This document shows, one piece after another, positions 16,046 to 25,312 of a DNA stretch of 25,649 nucleotides. The notes below the pieces were generated by a model. That model did not search any database. It was not told the DNA's origin and saw nothing but the letters and a program-made list of their open reading frames with translations. The translations under genes and the position numbers were made by a program. Origin of the DNA: Betaproteobacteria bacterium (GTDB lineage: Bacteria; Pseudomonadota; Gammaproteobacteria; Burkholderiales; Casimicrobiaceae). The stretch spans positions 1 through 25,649 of the forward strand of contig VBCS01000073.1 in the NCBI GenBank assembly GCA_005888955.1. The letters are read 5' to 3'. How positions within the stretch are numbered: the stretch's first letter is position 1; every line of letters begins with the position of its first letter.

Positions 16046-16051
16046 ATTATA
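16046..16051 (-). promoter_or_regulatory. -10 box of probable internal ptsN-hprK promoter
   Basis: Perfect TATAAT 2 nt after the hpf stop, followed by TCTGCGCC. Confidence 0.5.
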
Positions 16052-16053
16052 CG

Positions 16054-16404
16054 CTACTTGCCAGATTTTCTCCGCGCAACGGACGCCGCGACGCGCTTGA
16101 CCGGTACGGCGGCGTGCCGCTGACCGTTGCGCTTCTCCTTGAGCTTGAGCACCTGGCGATCGAGCTTGTCTGCAAGCGCGTCGATCGCCGCGTACATGTC
16201 GGGCTCGACGCATTCGGCATGGATGTCCTTGCCGCGTACGTGCAGATTGGCCGTCACCTGCTGCCTGAGCTTGTCGACCGAGAGCACGACGTTGACGTCG
16301 ATGACGTGGTCGAAGTGACGCGTCAGCCGCACCAGCTTGTTCGTCACGTAGGCGCGGATCGCCGGCGTGATGTCGAGGTGATGGCCGCTCAGGTTCAGAT
16401 TCAT
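16054..16404 (-). CDS. hpf: Ribosome hibernation promoting factor
   Basis: MNLNLSGHHLDITPAIRAYV..KL.RL.RHFD and DMYAAIDALADKLDRQV. SD AAAGGAGG before ATG 16404. Confidence 0.95.
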   Translation of the reverse strand: MNLNLSGHHLDITPAIRAYVTNKLVRLTRHFDHVIDVNVVLSVDKLRQQVTANLHVRGKDIHAECVEPDMYAAIDALADKLDRQVLKLKEKRNGQRHAAVPVKRVAASVARRKSGK

Positions 16405-16450
16405 CCGGGCCTCCTTTGCGTTGCTCGAAGTGCAGCGCGCGCCCCGCGGA

Positions 16451-17884
16451 TCACACCGCCTTGCGCACGTTGACGGGAGGAATCTGCAGCGCCTCCCGGT
16501 ATTTGGCGATCGTCCGCCGCGCGACAAGGATGCCCTGATCGCCGAGGAGGTCGGCGATGCGGCTGTCGGTCAGCGGCGTTTTGGGATCCTCGGCGCCGAT
16601 CAACTGCTTGATTAGCGCCCGGATGGCGGTCGCGGAAGCCGCGCCGCCGGTGTCGGTTGCTACGTGGCTGCCGAAGAAATACTTGAGCTCGTAGGTGCCG
16701 CGCGGCGTGAGCATGTATTTCTGTGTCGTCACGCGCGAGATCGTCGACTCGTGCAAACCGAGAATTTCGGCGATTTCGCGCAGCACCATCGGCCGCATCG
16801 CCACCTCGCCGTGCTCGAAGAAATGGCGTTGGCGGTCGACGATCGCCTGCGATACGCGCAGGATTGTCTCGAACCTCTGCTGAACGTTGCGGATCAGCCA
16901 TTTCGCTTCCTGCAACTGCGCGGCAAGCTGCTGGTTCGAAGCCTCACGATTGCGAGTGAGGATGTCGGCGTAGATGCGGTTCAGCCGTAGCTTGGGCATC
17001 GCCGCCTCGTTGAGCGCCGCCATCCACCGTCCCCGGAGCTTCCGTACGACCACGTCCGGGATCACATAGTTCGCCTCGGTCTTGGAAAAACCCGCGCCGG
17101 GGCGCGGATTGAGGCTGGTGATCAGCGTGCGCACGCAGCGCAGGCAGGCGTCGTCGGCGTGCAGCAGGCGCTTCAACTTGCCGAAGTCGCGTGCCGCAAG
17201 CAGCGGCAGATGGTGCTGCACGAGCTTGAGCGCATCGCCGCGGTAGGGTGTCGAATCGGGCAGCGCCTTTAGCTGCAATGAGAGGCACTCGGCGGCGTCA
17301 CGGGCGCCGACACCGGCGGGCTCCATGTGCTGCAGGTGCTTGAGCGCGATCGACAGCTCGTCGGCGTCGATTTCGATTTCCTCCGAGAAGAACTCGAGCA
17401 GCTCCTCGAGCGAGGTCTTCAGGTAACCGTCCTCGTCGAGCGCATCGATCAGCGCCGCAACGATCTGGCGATCGCGCAGCGGAAGATTGAGCAGCGCGAG
17501 CTGGGCGTTCAGGTGATCGCGCAGCGAGCTCGTCGCCACTTGCTGCGGCAGGAAGGCCTCGTCATCGTCGTCGCTGCCGCGCGTGGAGGAACCCCAATCG
17601 CGGTCGCCGGCGCTGGCGAGCAGGTCCGCGGCTTCCGGCGCGGCGTCGTCGGCGCCATCGGCCGGCTTGTCGGCCGACGGCGTGGAGACCATCGTCGTAA
17701 ATTCCCGTGGCGGGCCGGCGGACTCCTCGTCCTCGGCTTTTTCCAGCAACGGGTTTTCCTGCAAGAGACGCTCGACCTCGGCGTTGAGTTCGAGCGTGGA
17801 GAGCTGCAGCAGGCGGATCGACTGCTGCAGTTGCGGGGTCAGCGTGAGATGCTGACTAAGCTTGAGCTGTAACGTCGGCTTCAT
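16451..17884 (-). CDS. rpoN: RNA polymerase sigma-54
   Basis: MKPTLQLKLSQHLTLTPQLQQSIRLLQL at ATG 17884, LHESTISRV and RpoN box ARRTIAKYRE. Confidence 0.98.
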   Translation of the reverse strand: MKPTLQLKLSQHLTLTPQLQQSIRLLQLSTLELNAEVERLLQENPLLEKAEDEESAGPPREFTTMVSTPSADKPADGADDAAPEAADLLASAGDRDWGSSTRGSDDDDEAFLPQQVATSSLRDHLNAQLALLNLPLRDRQIVAALIDALDEDGYLKTSLEELLEFFSEEIEIDADELSIALKHLQHMEPAGVGARDAAECLSLQLKALPDSTPYRGDALKLVQHHLPLLAARDFGKLKRLLHADDACLRCVRTLITSLNPRPGAGFSKTEANYVIPDVVVRKLRGRWMAALNEAAMPKLRLNRIYADILTRNREASNQQLAAQLQEAKWLIRNVQQRFETILRVSQAIVDRQRHFFEHGEVAMRPMVLREIAEILGLHESTISRVTTQKYMLTPRGTYELKYFFGSHVATDTGGAASATAIRALIKQLIGAEDPKTPLTDSRIADLLGDQGILVARRTIAKYREALQIPPVNVRKAV

Positions 17885-17897
17885 GGCCGAGGGGCGG

Positions 17898-18620
17898 TCA
17901 GAGTCGGAAGTGCTCCCCAAGGTAGACCTTGCGGACGCTTTCATTATAAACAATTTCGTCCGGGGTTCCCGAGGCCAGTACCCGGCCCTCGCTGATGATG
18001 TAGGCGCGGTCGCAAATGCCCAGCGTCTCGCGCACGTTGTGATCGGTGATCATGACCCCGATATCCCTCTCCTTGAGGAACCCGATGATCTTCTGGATGT
18101 CGAGCACAGCGATCGGATCGATGCCGGCGAAGGGCTCGTCGAGCAGGATGAAACGCGGCCGCGTGGCGAGCGCGCGCGCGATCTCGACCCGGCGGCGCTC
18201 CCCCCCCGAAAGGCTGAGCGCGGGGGCCTCGCGCAGGTGCGAGATCGACAGGTCCTCGAGCAGCGCATCGAGGCGATTGGCGATCTCGTCGGTGTCGATG
18301 CCCTGCAGCTCGAGAATCGCCTGCACGTTCTCGCCGACCGTGAGCTTGCGGAAAATCGACGCCTCCTGCGGCAGATACGACAATCCCAGGCGGGCGCGGG
18401 CGTGGATCGGCATGCGCGTCAGATCGTCGCCGTCGAGCTCGATCGTGCCGCCGTCTGCCGCGACCAGGCCGACGATCATGTAGAAGCACGTCGTCTTGCC
18501 GGCGCCGTTCGGGCCGAGGAGCCCGATGACCTCGCCGCTGGCCACCGCGAGCGAGACATCGTGGACGACGATGCGGGACTTGTAGCGCTTGTTCAGCGCG
18601 GCGACCGACAGCGTGCTCAT
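17898..18620 (-). CDS. lptB: LPS export ABC transporter ATPase
   Basis: [45 protein letters not shown] and VYLGEHF. ATG 18620. Confidence 0.97.
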   Translation of the reverse strand: MSTLSVAALNKRYKSRIVVHDVSLAVASGEVIGLLGPNGAGKTTCFYMIVGLVAADGGTIELDGDDLTRMPIHARARLGLSYLPQEASIFRKLTVGENVQAILELQGIDTDEIANRLDALLEDLSISHLREAPALSLSGGERRRVEIARALATRPRFILLDEPFAGIDPIAVLDIQKIIGFLKERDIGVMITDHNVRETLGICDRAYIISEGRVLASGTPDEIVYNESVRKVYLGEHFRL

Positions 18621-18642
18621 CGCGCCGCGCGTGGTACGGCAA

Positions 18643-19302
18643 TCACTTCGCGGGTTCCGTAGAGAGCGCACCGTCGGGCTTGAGCGGCGCCGGCGGATTG
18701 GGCTTTGCCGGCACAACGGGTGGCTTGCCGTCCTTTCCAGCCTTGTCGTCCTTGGGCTGCGGCTGGAAAACGCCGCGCACGCGCGCGCCCAGCGGCGATT
18801 CGCCTGCAGCGGCGGGCCGGCTGTCCGGGCGGCCCTCCGCCTTGAAGAACTCGGTCTCGGCGTTGTACGAAATATAGTTGCTGCGTATTTCGTCAGTGCC
18901 CTTGCGCAGCAGCGCCCGATCGAACAGCTCGAGGAAACGTTTCTGGCCGTCGTATTCGGCGCGCTGCGCTACGCCTTCGTAGTACTCGTCGACGCTGTCC
19001 CGTTTCTCGCGGAACGTGATCGGGTTGCCATACGCGGTTGCCGATACCGAATTGTCGGGGTTCTGGTGAAAGACGATCTTGTCGGCATGGATCGTCAGCG
19101 TGCCCTGGGTCAAGATCACATTCCCCAGCAGCGTCCCTATCTTGGTCTGGTAGTTCACATCGCCAGAGTCGGCCTGATAGTTGATCGGCTTGTCGCGATC
19201 CGCTTTTTCCGCCCGCGCACACGACGGTTGCAGCACGAGGACGACGACGGCCAGAACGACGGCGGCCATGGCCGGGCGGGCGCGGAAAAGCGGGCGGCTC
19301 AT
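18643..19302 (-). CDS. lptA: LPS transport periplasmic protein
   Basis: Signal peptide, [21 protein letters not shown] and A.GNP.TFR. Located between lptC and lptB. Confidence 0.92.
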   Translation of the reverse strand: MSRPLFRARPAMAAVVLAVVVLVLQPSCARAEKADRDKPINYQADSGDVNYQTKIGTLLGNVILTQGTLTIHADKIVFHQNPDNSVSATAYGNPITFREKRDSVDEYYEGVAQRAEYDGQKRFLELFDRALLRKGTDEIRSNYISYNAETEFFKAEGRPDSRPAAAGESPLGARVRGVFQPQPKDDKAGKDGKPPVVPAKPNPPAPLKPDGALSTEPAK

Positions 19303-19919
19303 CGGGAGTTGTTCTGCGGCTGCATTTGTCCGCTAAGGCGCGACTTGAACTTGACCGTCTTGGTCTTGTTGTCGAGCTCCAACCCGGTCGCGTGGATTAC
19401 CCCACGGGGATCGGTGATCGTTACCGGCCGATCGGTGACGATGCGATCCTCCTTCGGGATCACGTGCAGGAAATCGCTGGTCACGGTGATCGGTCCGTCG
19501 GGCTTGCCGGCCGGCGCACCGGGAGCAGCCTCGCGTACGGCCCTGACGTTGCCATCGAAGTACGCGTGCTCGCGATCACCCGTTACCGTCGCCCGATCCG
19601 CAGTGACCTCGAGCCGAGGCTTGCCCGGGTCGGTGAATATGATCTGCGGCGCATCGAATGCGGTCGTGTCGTCATCCGGATAGTGCTGCGCGCGCCTGGC
19701 GACAAGCGCCTGCCGGACAAGACCATCCTTGTCGAGGTTCACGGCCTTGAAATTATCGACGAACACGTCGGGATCGTGGCGGCCCGACCCGTCGAACGTC
19801 GGACCCGCGATGCGCACCTGCGCATTGAGCCAGTAGGTCAAGGCGGCGAGTGCGCCGAGCAGCAATACCGGCGACCAAGTGACGAATCGACCGAGCCAGG
19901 CCTGCGCACGCGATCTCAC
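19299..19919 (-). CDS. lptC: LPS export protein
   Basis: Single N-terminal TM, HDPD.F.DNF, A.HYPDD and ITSD.L...P....TD.PV.I. GTGA/ATGA overlaps on both sides. Confidence 0.9.
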   Translation of the reverse strand: MRSRAQAWLGRFVTWSPVLLLGALAALTYWLNAQVRIAGPTFDGSGRHDPDVFVDNFKAVNLDKDGLVRQALVARRAQHYPDDDTTAFDAPQIIFTDPGKPRLEVTADRATVTGDREHAYFDGNVRAVREAAPGAPAGKPDGPITVTSDFLHVIPKEDRIVTDRPVTITDPRGVIHATGLELDNKTKTVKFKSRLSGQMQPQNNSR

Positions 19920-20485
19920 AATCGCCTCAGCTTCGGTTTGGCCGCAAGCGCGTCTTGGTCGCCGTAGGCATTGAGCAATTCAGCGAGCTTGCCTTGTGCG
20001 GCGAGGATCAGCTCGGCGAGCTCGCGCACGGCGCCGGCGCCGCCTTCGGCCCGCGTCACGTAGTGCGCGCGTCGCTGCAATGCCTCCGGCGCATGCGGCA
20101 CCGTGGCGGCCAGGCCGCAGCGCACGATCACCGCCAGGTCGGGGAGATCGTCGCCAATGTGCGCGCACTCTTCCGGCTCGAGAGCGAGCTCGGCGCGCAG
20201 TTGCTCCCACGCATCGAGCTTGTTCTCCATGCCCCGGACGTCGCGGGAGATGCCGAGCGTCGCCGCGCGCTTCGCCACCGCGAGCGCGCTGCTGCCGGTG
20301 ATCCAGGCGACGACGATGCCCGAGCGCTCAAGCCACTTCATACCCAGGCCGTCCAGGCACGAGTACGCCTTGAGCTCGCTGCCGTCTTCGGCGACGTAGA
20401 TGCGGCCGTCGGTCAACACGCCGTCGACGTCGCAGGAAAGGAGCCGGACGCGGCGTGCTCGCACGAGGAGATCTGTCGCCGGCAT
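19916..20485 (-). CDS. kdsC: KDO 8-phosphate phosphatase
   Basis: DVDGVLTDG, DGLG, ITG and IGDDLPD. ATG 20485. Confidence 0.94.
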   Translation of the reverse strand: MPATDLLVRARRVRLLSCDVDGVLTDGRIYVAEDGSELKAYSCLDGLGMKWLERSGIVVAWITGSSALAVAKRAATLGISRDVRGMENKLDAWEQLRAELALEPEECAHIGDDLPDLAVIVRCGLAATVPHAPEALQRRAHYVTRAEGGAGAVRELAELILAAQGKLAELLNAYGDQDALAAKPKLRRL

Positions 20486-20492
20486 TAGCTTG

Positions 20493-21509
20493 CTAGACGA
20501 CCCGGGCGCGGAACAGATCGTGCAAGTGCAATGCACCGACCAGCCGCTCTTCGGCGTCGACGACCAGGAGCTGCGTCACCTTGGGCGAGGTTTCCATCAG
20601 CTCGACGCAATCGATGGCGAGGCGCTCGGGGCCGATGGTGCGCGGCTGGCGAGTCATCAGGCCGGCGACGCGCTCTCTACCAAAGTCGCGGACGCGGGCG
20701 AGGCAGCGGCGCAGATCGCCGTCGGTGAAGATGCCTGCGACACGGTTATCCGCATCGATCACGGCGGTCATGCCCATTCCCTTGCCGCTCATTTCGACGA
20801 CCGCGTCGGCGAGCGTGGCGGCGAGAGGCACCACAGGCACGTCCGCGCCGCTGCGCATGACGTCGCGCACCTGCGTCAGCAGCCGCCGACCGAGCGACCC
20901 GCCGGGATGCGCGCGCGCGAAATCCTCCACCGAAAAGCCGCGCGCATCGAGCAGCGTCAGCGCCAGCGCGTCACCCAGTGCGAGCGCCGCGGTCGTGCTC
21001 GCGGTCGGCGCAAGGCCGAGCGGACAGGCTTCGGCGTCGACGCTCGCGTCGAGATGCACGTCAGCGGCCTGCGCCAGCGACGATTGCTCGTTGCCGGTCA
21101 GCGCGATCAAGCGCGCGCCCTGACGCTTGAGATGCGGCAGCAGCGAGACGAGCTCGTCGGTCTCGCCGGAATTCGATAGCAGCAATACGACGTCGTCGGC
21201 GGTGATCATGCCGAGGTCGCCGTGGCTCGCCTCCGCAGCATGCACGAAGAACGCCGGTGTGCCGGTCGACGCCAGCGTCGCCGCGATCTTGCGCGCGATG
21301 TGCCCGGACTTGCCGATGCCGGTCACGACGACGCGCCCACGGCAGTCGAACAGCGTCCGGGCGGCAGCGAGAAACGGTGCGCCGAGGCGCTCGGAAAGCG
21401 CGGAGATCGCGGCAGCTTCGGTGGCGAGCACGTCGCGGCCGAGCGAAAGCGCGCGCTTCGGCTCGACGCCGCGTGCGGTGGGCGGAGCAGCGGCGATCGT
21501 TGCGGACAT
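20493..21509 (-). CDS. kdsD: Arabinose 5-phosphate isomerase (SIS + CBS)
   Basis: GIGKSGHIARKIAATLASTGTP, EASHGDLG, LAPTASTT, HPGGSLG and CBS pair. Confidence 0.96.
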   Translation of the reverse strand: MSATIAAAPPTARGVEPKRALSLGRDVLATEAAAISALSERLGAPFLAAARTLFDCRGRVVVTGIGKSGHIARKIAATLASTGTPAFFVHAAEASHGDLGMITADDVVLLLSNSGETDELVSLLPHLKRQGARLIALTGNEQSSLAQAADVHLDASVDAEACPLGLAPTASTTAALALGDALALTLLDARGFSVEDFARAHPGGSLGRRLLTQVRDVMRSGADVPVVPLAATLADAVVEMSGKGMGMTAVIDADNRVAGIFTDGDLRRCLARVRDFGRERVAGLMTRQPRTIGPERLAIDCVELMETSPKVTQLLVVDAEERLVGALHLHDLFRARVV

Positions 21510-21579
21510 GCGGGAAAGTATACCGGAACGCGCGCCGGGCCCTGATGGAGGCTCCCCGACGCTATGCTAAATTGAGTCC
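21510..21579. promoter_or_regulatory. Divergent promoters, both with leaderless geometry
   Basis: Minus strand: TATACT(21522-21517)-7 nt-ATG of kdsD. Plus strand: TAAATT(21568-21573)-6 nt-ATG of kef; TATGCT at 21563-21568 is an alternative. No strong SD next to either ATG. Confidence 0.5.
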
Positions 21580-23544
21580 ATGTCGCACACGCTGCAACTC
21601 ATCCTGCTCCTCCTCGCCGCGGCGGTGGTCGTGATCATCGTCTGCCGACTGGTGCGGCTGCCGCCGATCCTGGGCTATGTCGTGATCGGAATCGCGGTCG
21701 GACCGCACGCGCTGGGCTGGGTGCCGGACAACAACGACGTGCGCGACCTGGCCGAGTTCGGCATCGTCTTCCTGATGTTTTCCATCGGGCTGGAGTTCAG
21801 CCTGCCGCAGTTGAACGCGATGCGCCGCGCCGTGTTCGGTCTCGGATTGGCGCAGGTCGCGATCACGACGGTCATGGCGATGGTCGGGCTGCACTTGCTG
21901 GGCTTCGCCTGGCTGCAGGGATTCACGCTGGGCGGTGCGCTGGCGATGAGCTCGACCGCGATCGTTTCCAAGATGCTCGCCGAACGCATGGAGCTCAATA
22001 CCGCGCACGGCCGCGACGTCATGGGGATTCTGCTCTTTCAGGATCTCGCGGTGGTGGCGTTCCTCATCGCTGTGCCGACGCTCGCCACCGGTGCCACCGA
22101 CCTCTGGCGTTCGCTGGGGATCGCGGCGGGCAAGGCTGCCGTCGCGCTGGCGGTCATCCTCATTTTCGGCCAGCGGCCGATGCGCGCCTGGTTCCACATT
22201 ATTGCCCGAGCGCGTTCTTCGGAGCTGTTCATGCTGAACGTGCTGCTGGTGACCCTCGGGCTCGCGGCGCTCACGGAGCTCGCGGGACTCTCGTTCGCGC
22301 TCGGCGCCTTTCTCGCCGGGATGCTCATCGCGGAGACCGAGTATCGCTATCAGGTCGAGGAAGACATCAAGCCGTTTCGCGACGTCCTGCTCGGCCTGTT
22401 CTTCGTCACCGTCGGCATGTACCTCGACTTGAGGGTCGTCGGTGCGAGTCTGGGCTGGGTCGTGCTCCTGCTCGTCGGCCCCGTGCTCGCCAAGCTGATC
22501 CTCGTCGTGATCCTCGCGCGGATCTTCGGCGCGCCCCTGGGGGCCGCCTTGCGAACGGGCTTTTATCTCGCGCAAGCGGGCGAATTCGCGATCGTGTTGC
22601 TTGCGCTTGCGAGCGATCTCGCGGTCGTCGAACCGACCGTGGCGCAGCTCGTGCTCGCCGCCATGGTGCTGTCGATGCTGGCTGCGCCGCTCTTGATCCA
22701 GGTCGCCGCACCCTTGGCGCGAAGGCTGACAGCAGACGACTGGCTGGCGCGCGCCGCGCAGGTGACACAGATCGCCGCCCGCACGATGGCCCGGCAGGAG
22801 CACGTGATCATCTGCGGCTTCGGCCGCAGCGGCCAGAACCTCGCGCGACTGCTCGAGAAAGAGGAGATTTCTTGCATCGCGCTCGACGCCGATCCCGAGC
22901 GCGTCCGCGAAGCTGCCGCCGACGGCAGCAGCGTCGTCTACGGCGACGCAGGGAGGCGCGAAGCGCTGATCGCCGCCGGGCTGCCCAAGGCCCGCGCCCT
23001 GGTCGTAACGTTCGCGGACACGGCGACGGCGCTCAAGATCCTGCATCACGTGCAGCAGCTGCGGCCCGAGCTGCCGGTGATCGTGCGCACCGTCGACGAC
23101 AGCGAGCTCGACCGTCTGATCAAGGCGGGCGCAACCGAGGTCGTCCCGGAAGTGCTCGAGGGCAGCCTGATGCTCGCATCGCACTCGCTGCTGCTTGTGG
23201 GCGTGCCGCTCAATCGCGTGCTGGCGCGGATCCGCGAGATTCGCGAGGAGCGTTACAGCCTGTTCCGCGGCTTTTTTCACGGCGCGACCGACGCCGCCGA
23301 CGCCGCCGACAACCTGCAGCCGCGATTGCATTCGGTGCTGCTGACCGATCGCTCCGCGGCGGTCGGCCGCACGCTGGGCGAGCTCGATTTCAAAGCTCTT
23401 GTCGAAGTCACCGGCGTGCGTCCCCGCGGGATGCGCACGACGCTTCCGGCGTCCGATTATCGCCTCGTGGCCGGCGATGTCGTCGTGCTGCTCGGCCGGC
23501 CCGAGAATCTGACGCTCGCCGAGCGACGACTGTTGCGAGGTTAG
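21580..23544 (+). CDS. CPA2 (Kef-type) K+/H+ antiporter with TrkA-N and TrkA-C domains
   Basis: 654 aa. AEFGIVFLMFSIGLEF, SSTAI, LFQDLAV, PFRDVLLGLFF, QAGEF, GFGRSGQ and YGDA. Confidence 0.93.
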   Translation: MSHTLQLILLLLAAAVVVIIVCRLVRLPPILGYVVIGIAVGPHALGWVPDNNDVRDLAEFGIVFLMFSIGLEFSLPQLNAMRRAVFGLGLAQVAITTVMAMVGLHLLGFAWLQGFTLGGALAMSSTAIVSKMLAERMELNTAHGRDVMGILLFQDLAVVAFLIAVPTLATGATDLWRSLGIAAGKAAVALAVILIFGQRPMRAWFHIIARARSSELFMLNVLLVTLGLAALTELAGLSFALGAFLAGMLIAETEYRYQVEEDIKPFRDVLLGLFFVTVGMYLDLRVVGASLGWVVLLLVGPVLAKLILVVILARIFGAPLGAALRTGFYLAQAGEFAIVLLALASDLAVVEPTVAQLVLAAMVLSMLAAPLLIQVAAPLARRLTADDWLARAAQVTQIAARTMARQEHVIICGFGRSGQNLARLLEKEEISCIALDADPERVREAAADGSSVVYGDAGRREALIAAGLPKARALVVTFADTATALKILHHVQQLRPELPVIVRTVDDSELDRLIKAGATEVVPEVLEGSLMLASHSLLLVGVPLNRVLARIREIREERYSLFRGFFHGATDAADAADNLQPRLHSVLLTDRSAAVGRTLGELDFKALVEVTGVRPRGMRTTLPASDYRLVAGDVVVLLGRPENLTLAERRLLRG

Positions 23545-23571
23545 GTTAACTCCGCATTCCAGCCCGCGTCA

Positions 23572-23600
23572 TTGTCGCGCTGCAGTCAACCCGCTACAAT
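23572..23600 (+). promoter_or_regulatory. Sigma70-like promoter for the mla operon
   Basis: TTGTCG(23572-23577)-17 nt-TACAAT(23595-23600). Confidence 0.55.
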
Positions 23601-23637
23601 CAGCATTCCGATTTGTGCGTAGCCCCCGAGGCTCTTG

Positions 23638-24507
23638 GTGTCCATCCCCGCGAAGCCTTCATCGTCTCGAGCCGCCGAAGCGATCGCTGCCTGCCGCGTC
23701 GATCCGACCGCGGCTGCGGTCGAGCTCACCGATGTTTCGTTCGCCTATGACGTCCGCCCGATCCTGTCCGGCATCACGATGACGATTCCACGCGGCAAGA
23801 TTGTCGCCATCATGGGCGCGAGCGGATCCGGCAAGACGACGATACTGCGTCTGATCGGCGGGCAATTACGGCCGAAGTCGGGCGGGGTGTGCGTCGGCGG
23901 GCTGTCGGTGCCCGATCTGGAGCCTGAGGCGCTCTACGCGCTACGCCGCAAGTTCGGCATGTTGTTCCAGTTCGGTGCGCTGTTCACGGACATGTCGGTG
24001 TTCGAGAACATCGCCTTTCCGATGCGCGAGCATACGGAGCTCCCCGAGGAGTTGATCCGCGACCTGGTGCTGATGAAGCTTCACGCGGTGGGACTTCGCG
24101 GCGCGGCGCACTTGATGCCGGCGGAGCTTTCCGGCGGCATGGCACGCCGCGTCGCGTTGGCGCGGGCCATCGCCCTCGATCCGATGCTGGTGATGTACGA
24201 CGAGCCCTTCGCCGGCCTTGATCCGATTTCACTCGGTGTCATCGGCCAGCTCATCCGGCGGCTGAACGACGCGCTCTCCATCACCTCGGTGGTCGTAACG
24301 CACGACGTCTACGAATCGCTCAAGATCGTCGATTATCTCTATTTCGTCTCGGAGGGTCGGATCGTCGCTGCGGGTACGCCGGAGGAAGTGCACGCTTCGA
24401 GCGATCTTTTCGTCCGGCAGTTCATCGACGGCGCTCCCGACGGGCCGGTCGCATTCCACTATCCAGCCCCGGCCTATCGCGAGGAGCTGTTCGCCGATGT
24501 CGGTTGA
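23638..24507 (+). CDS. mlaF: Mla lipid-asymmetry ABC ATPase
   Basis: GASGSGKT, GMLFQFGALF, LSGGMARR and YDEPFAGLDP. GTG 23638 after GAGG; TTG 23635 is an alternative. Confidence 0.93.
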   Translation: MSIPAKPSSSRAAEAIAACRVDPTAAAVELTDVSFAYDVRPILSGITMTIPRGKIVAIMGASGSGKTTILRLIGGQLRPKSGGVCVGGLSVPDLEPEALYALRRKFGMLFQFGALFTDMSVFENIAFPMREHTELPEELIRDLVLMKLHAVGLRGAAHLMPAELSGGMARRVALARAIALDPMLVMYDEPFAGLDPISLGVIGQLIRRLNDALSITSVVVTHDVYESLKIVDYLYFVSEGRIVAAGTPEEVHASSDLFVRQFIDGAPDGPVAFHYPAPAYREELFADVG

Positions 24508-25312
24508 GCTTACGGCCGGAGTCGCGCAGTGGCTGCGCCGCATCGGCGGCGCGGTGACGGGTGCGGCAAGCAAGCTCGGCTTCGCCAGCCGCTTCCTCCT
24601 CGCGGTGCTCTGGCATACCCCGGGCGCGTTTCGGCGCATGCATCTGACGCTGCGCGAGATTTACTTCTCGGGCGTGCTGTCGCTGGTGATCATCCTGATG
24701 TCGGGCCTGTTCGTCGGAATGGTGCTGTCGCTGCAGGGATACGAGACGCTCAAGCGCTACGGCGCCGACGAGCAGCTCGGAATCCTGGTCGCGCTGTCGT
24801 TGGTGCGCGAGCTGGGGCCCGTGATGTCGGGGCTTTTGTTCGCCAGCCGTGCCGGGTCGGCCATCACCGCGGAGATCGGACTCATGAAGACGACGGAGCA
24901 GCTTGCGGCGATGGAGATGATGGCGGTCGATCCGCTCGCGCGGGTGGTCGCGCCGCGGTTCTGGGGCGGCGTGATCTCGATGCCGCTTCTCGCCGCGCTC
25001 TTTTCGGCATTCGGCATTTTCGGCGGCTACGTGGTCGGCGTGCGGTTGATCGGCATCGATGCCGGCGCATTCTGGGGTCAGATGAAGGCGGGCGTAGATG
25101 TCTGGCCCGACGTCACCAACGGCATCATCAAGAGCTTCGTCTTCGGTATTGCGGTCTCGCTGATCGCGGTGTTCGAGGGCTATGACGCGAAGCCGACCGC
25201 GGAGGGCGTCTCCAGTGCGACCACGCGCACGGTCGTCATGTCTTCCCTCATGATTCTCGCGCTCGATTTCGTGATGACCGTCTTCATGTTCCGGGGAGCG
25301 AGCGTCATATGA
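24497..25312 (+). CDS. mlaE: Mla ABC permease
   Basis: LSLVRELGPV..LLFASRAGSAITAEIGLMK.TEQL.AM..MAVDP and ATTRTVV. Confidence 0.95.
   Translation: MSVELTAGVAQWLRRIGGAVTGAASKLGFASRFLLAVLWHTPGAFRRMHLTLREIYFSGVLSLVIILMSGLFVGMVLSLQGYETLKRYGADEQLGILVALSLVRELGPVMSGLLFASRAGSAITAEIGLMKTTEQLAAMEMMAVDPLARVVAPRFWGGVISMPLLAALFSAFGIFGGYVVGVRLIGIDAGAFWGQMKAGVDVWPDVTNGIIKSFVFGIAVSLIAVFEGYDAKPTAEGVSSATTRTVVMSSLMILALDFVMTVFMFRGASVI

Noticed and set aside
23289-23310. GACGCCGCC microrepeat (DAADAAD) in the Kef linker
   Set aside because: Two in-frame 9-bp units in a linker, too short to suggest phase variation.
21562-23331. 589-aa antisense ORF, and similar long shadow ORFs such as 9008-10039, 11169-12170, 13631-14602 and 14606-15895
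   Set aside because: They mirror well-supported genes on the opposite strand. Long stop-free antisense frames are expected at this GC content, and they show no motifs.
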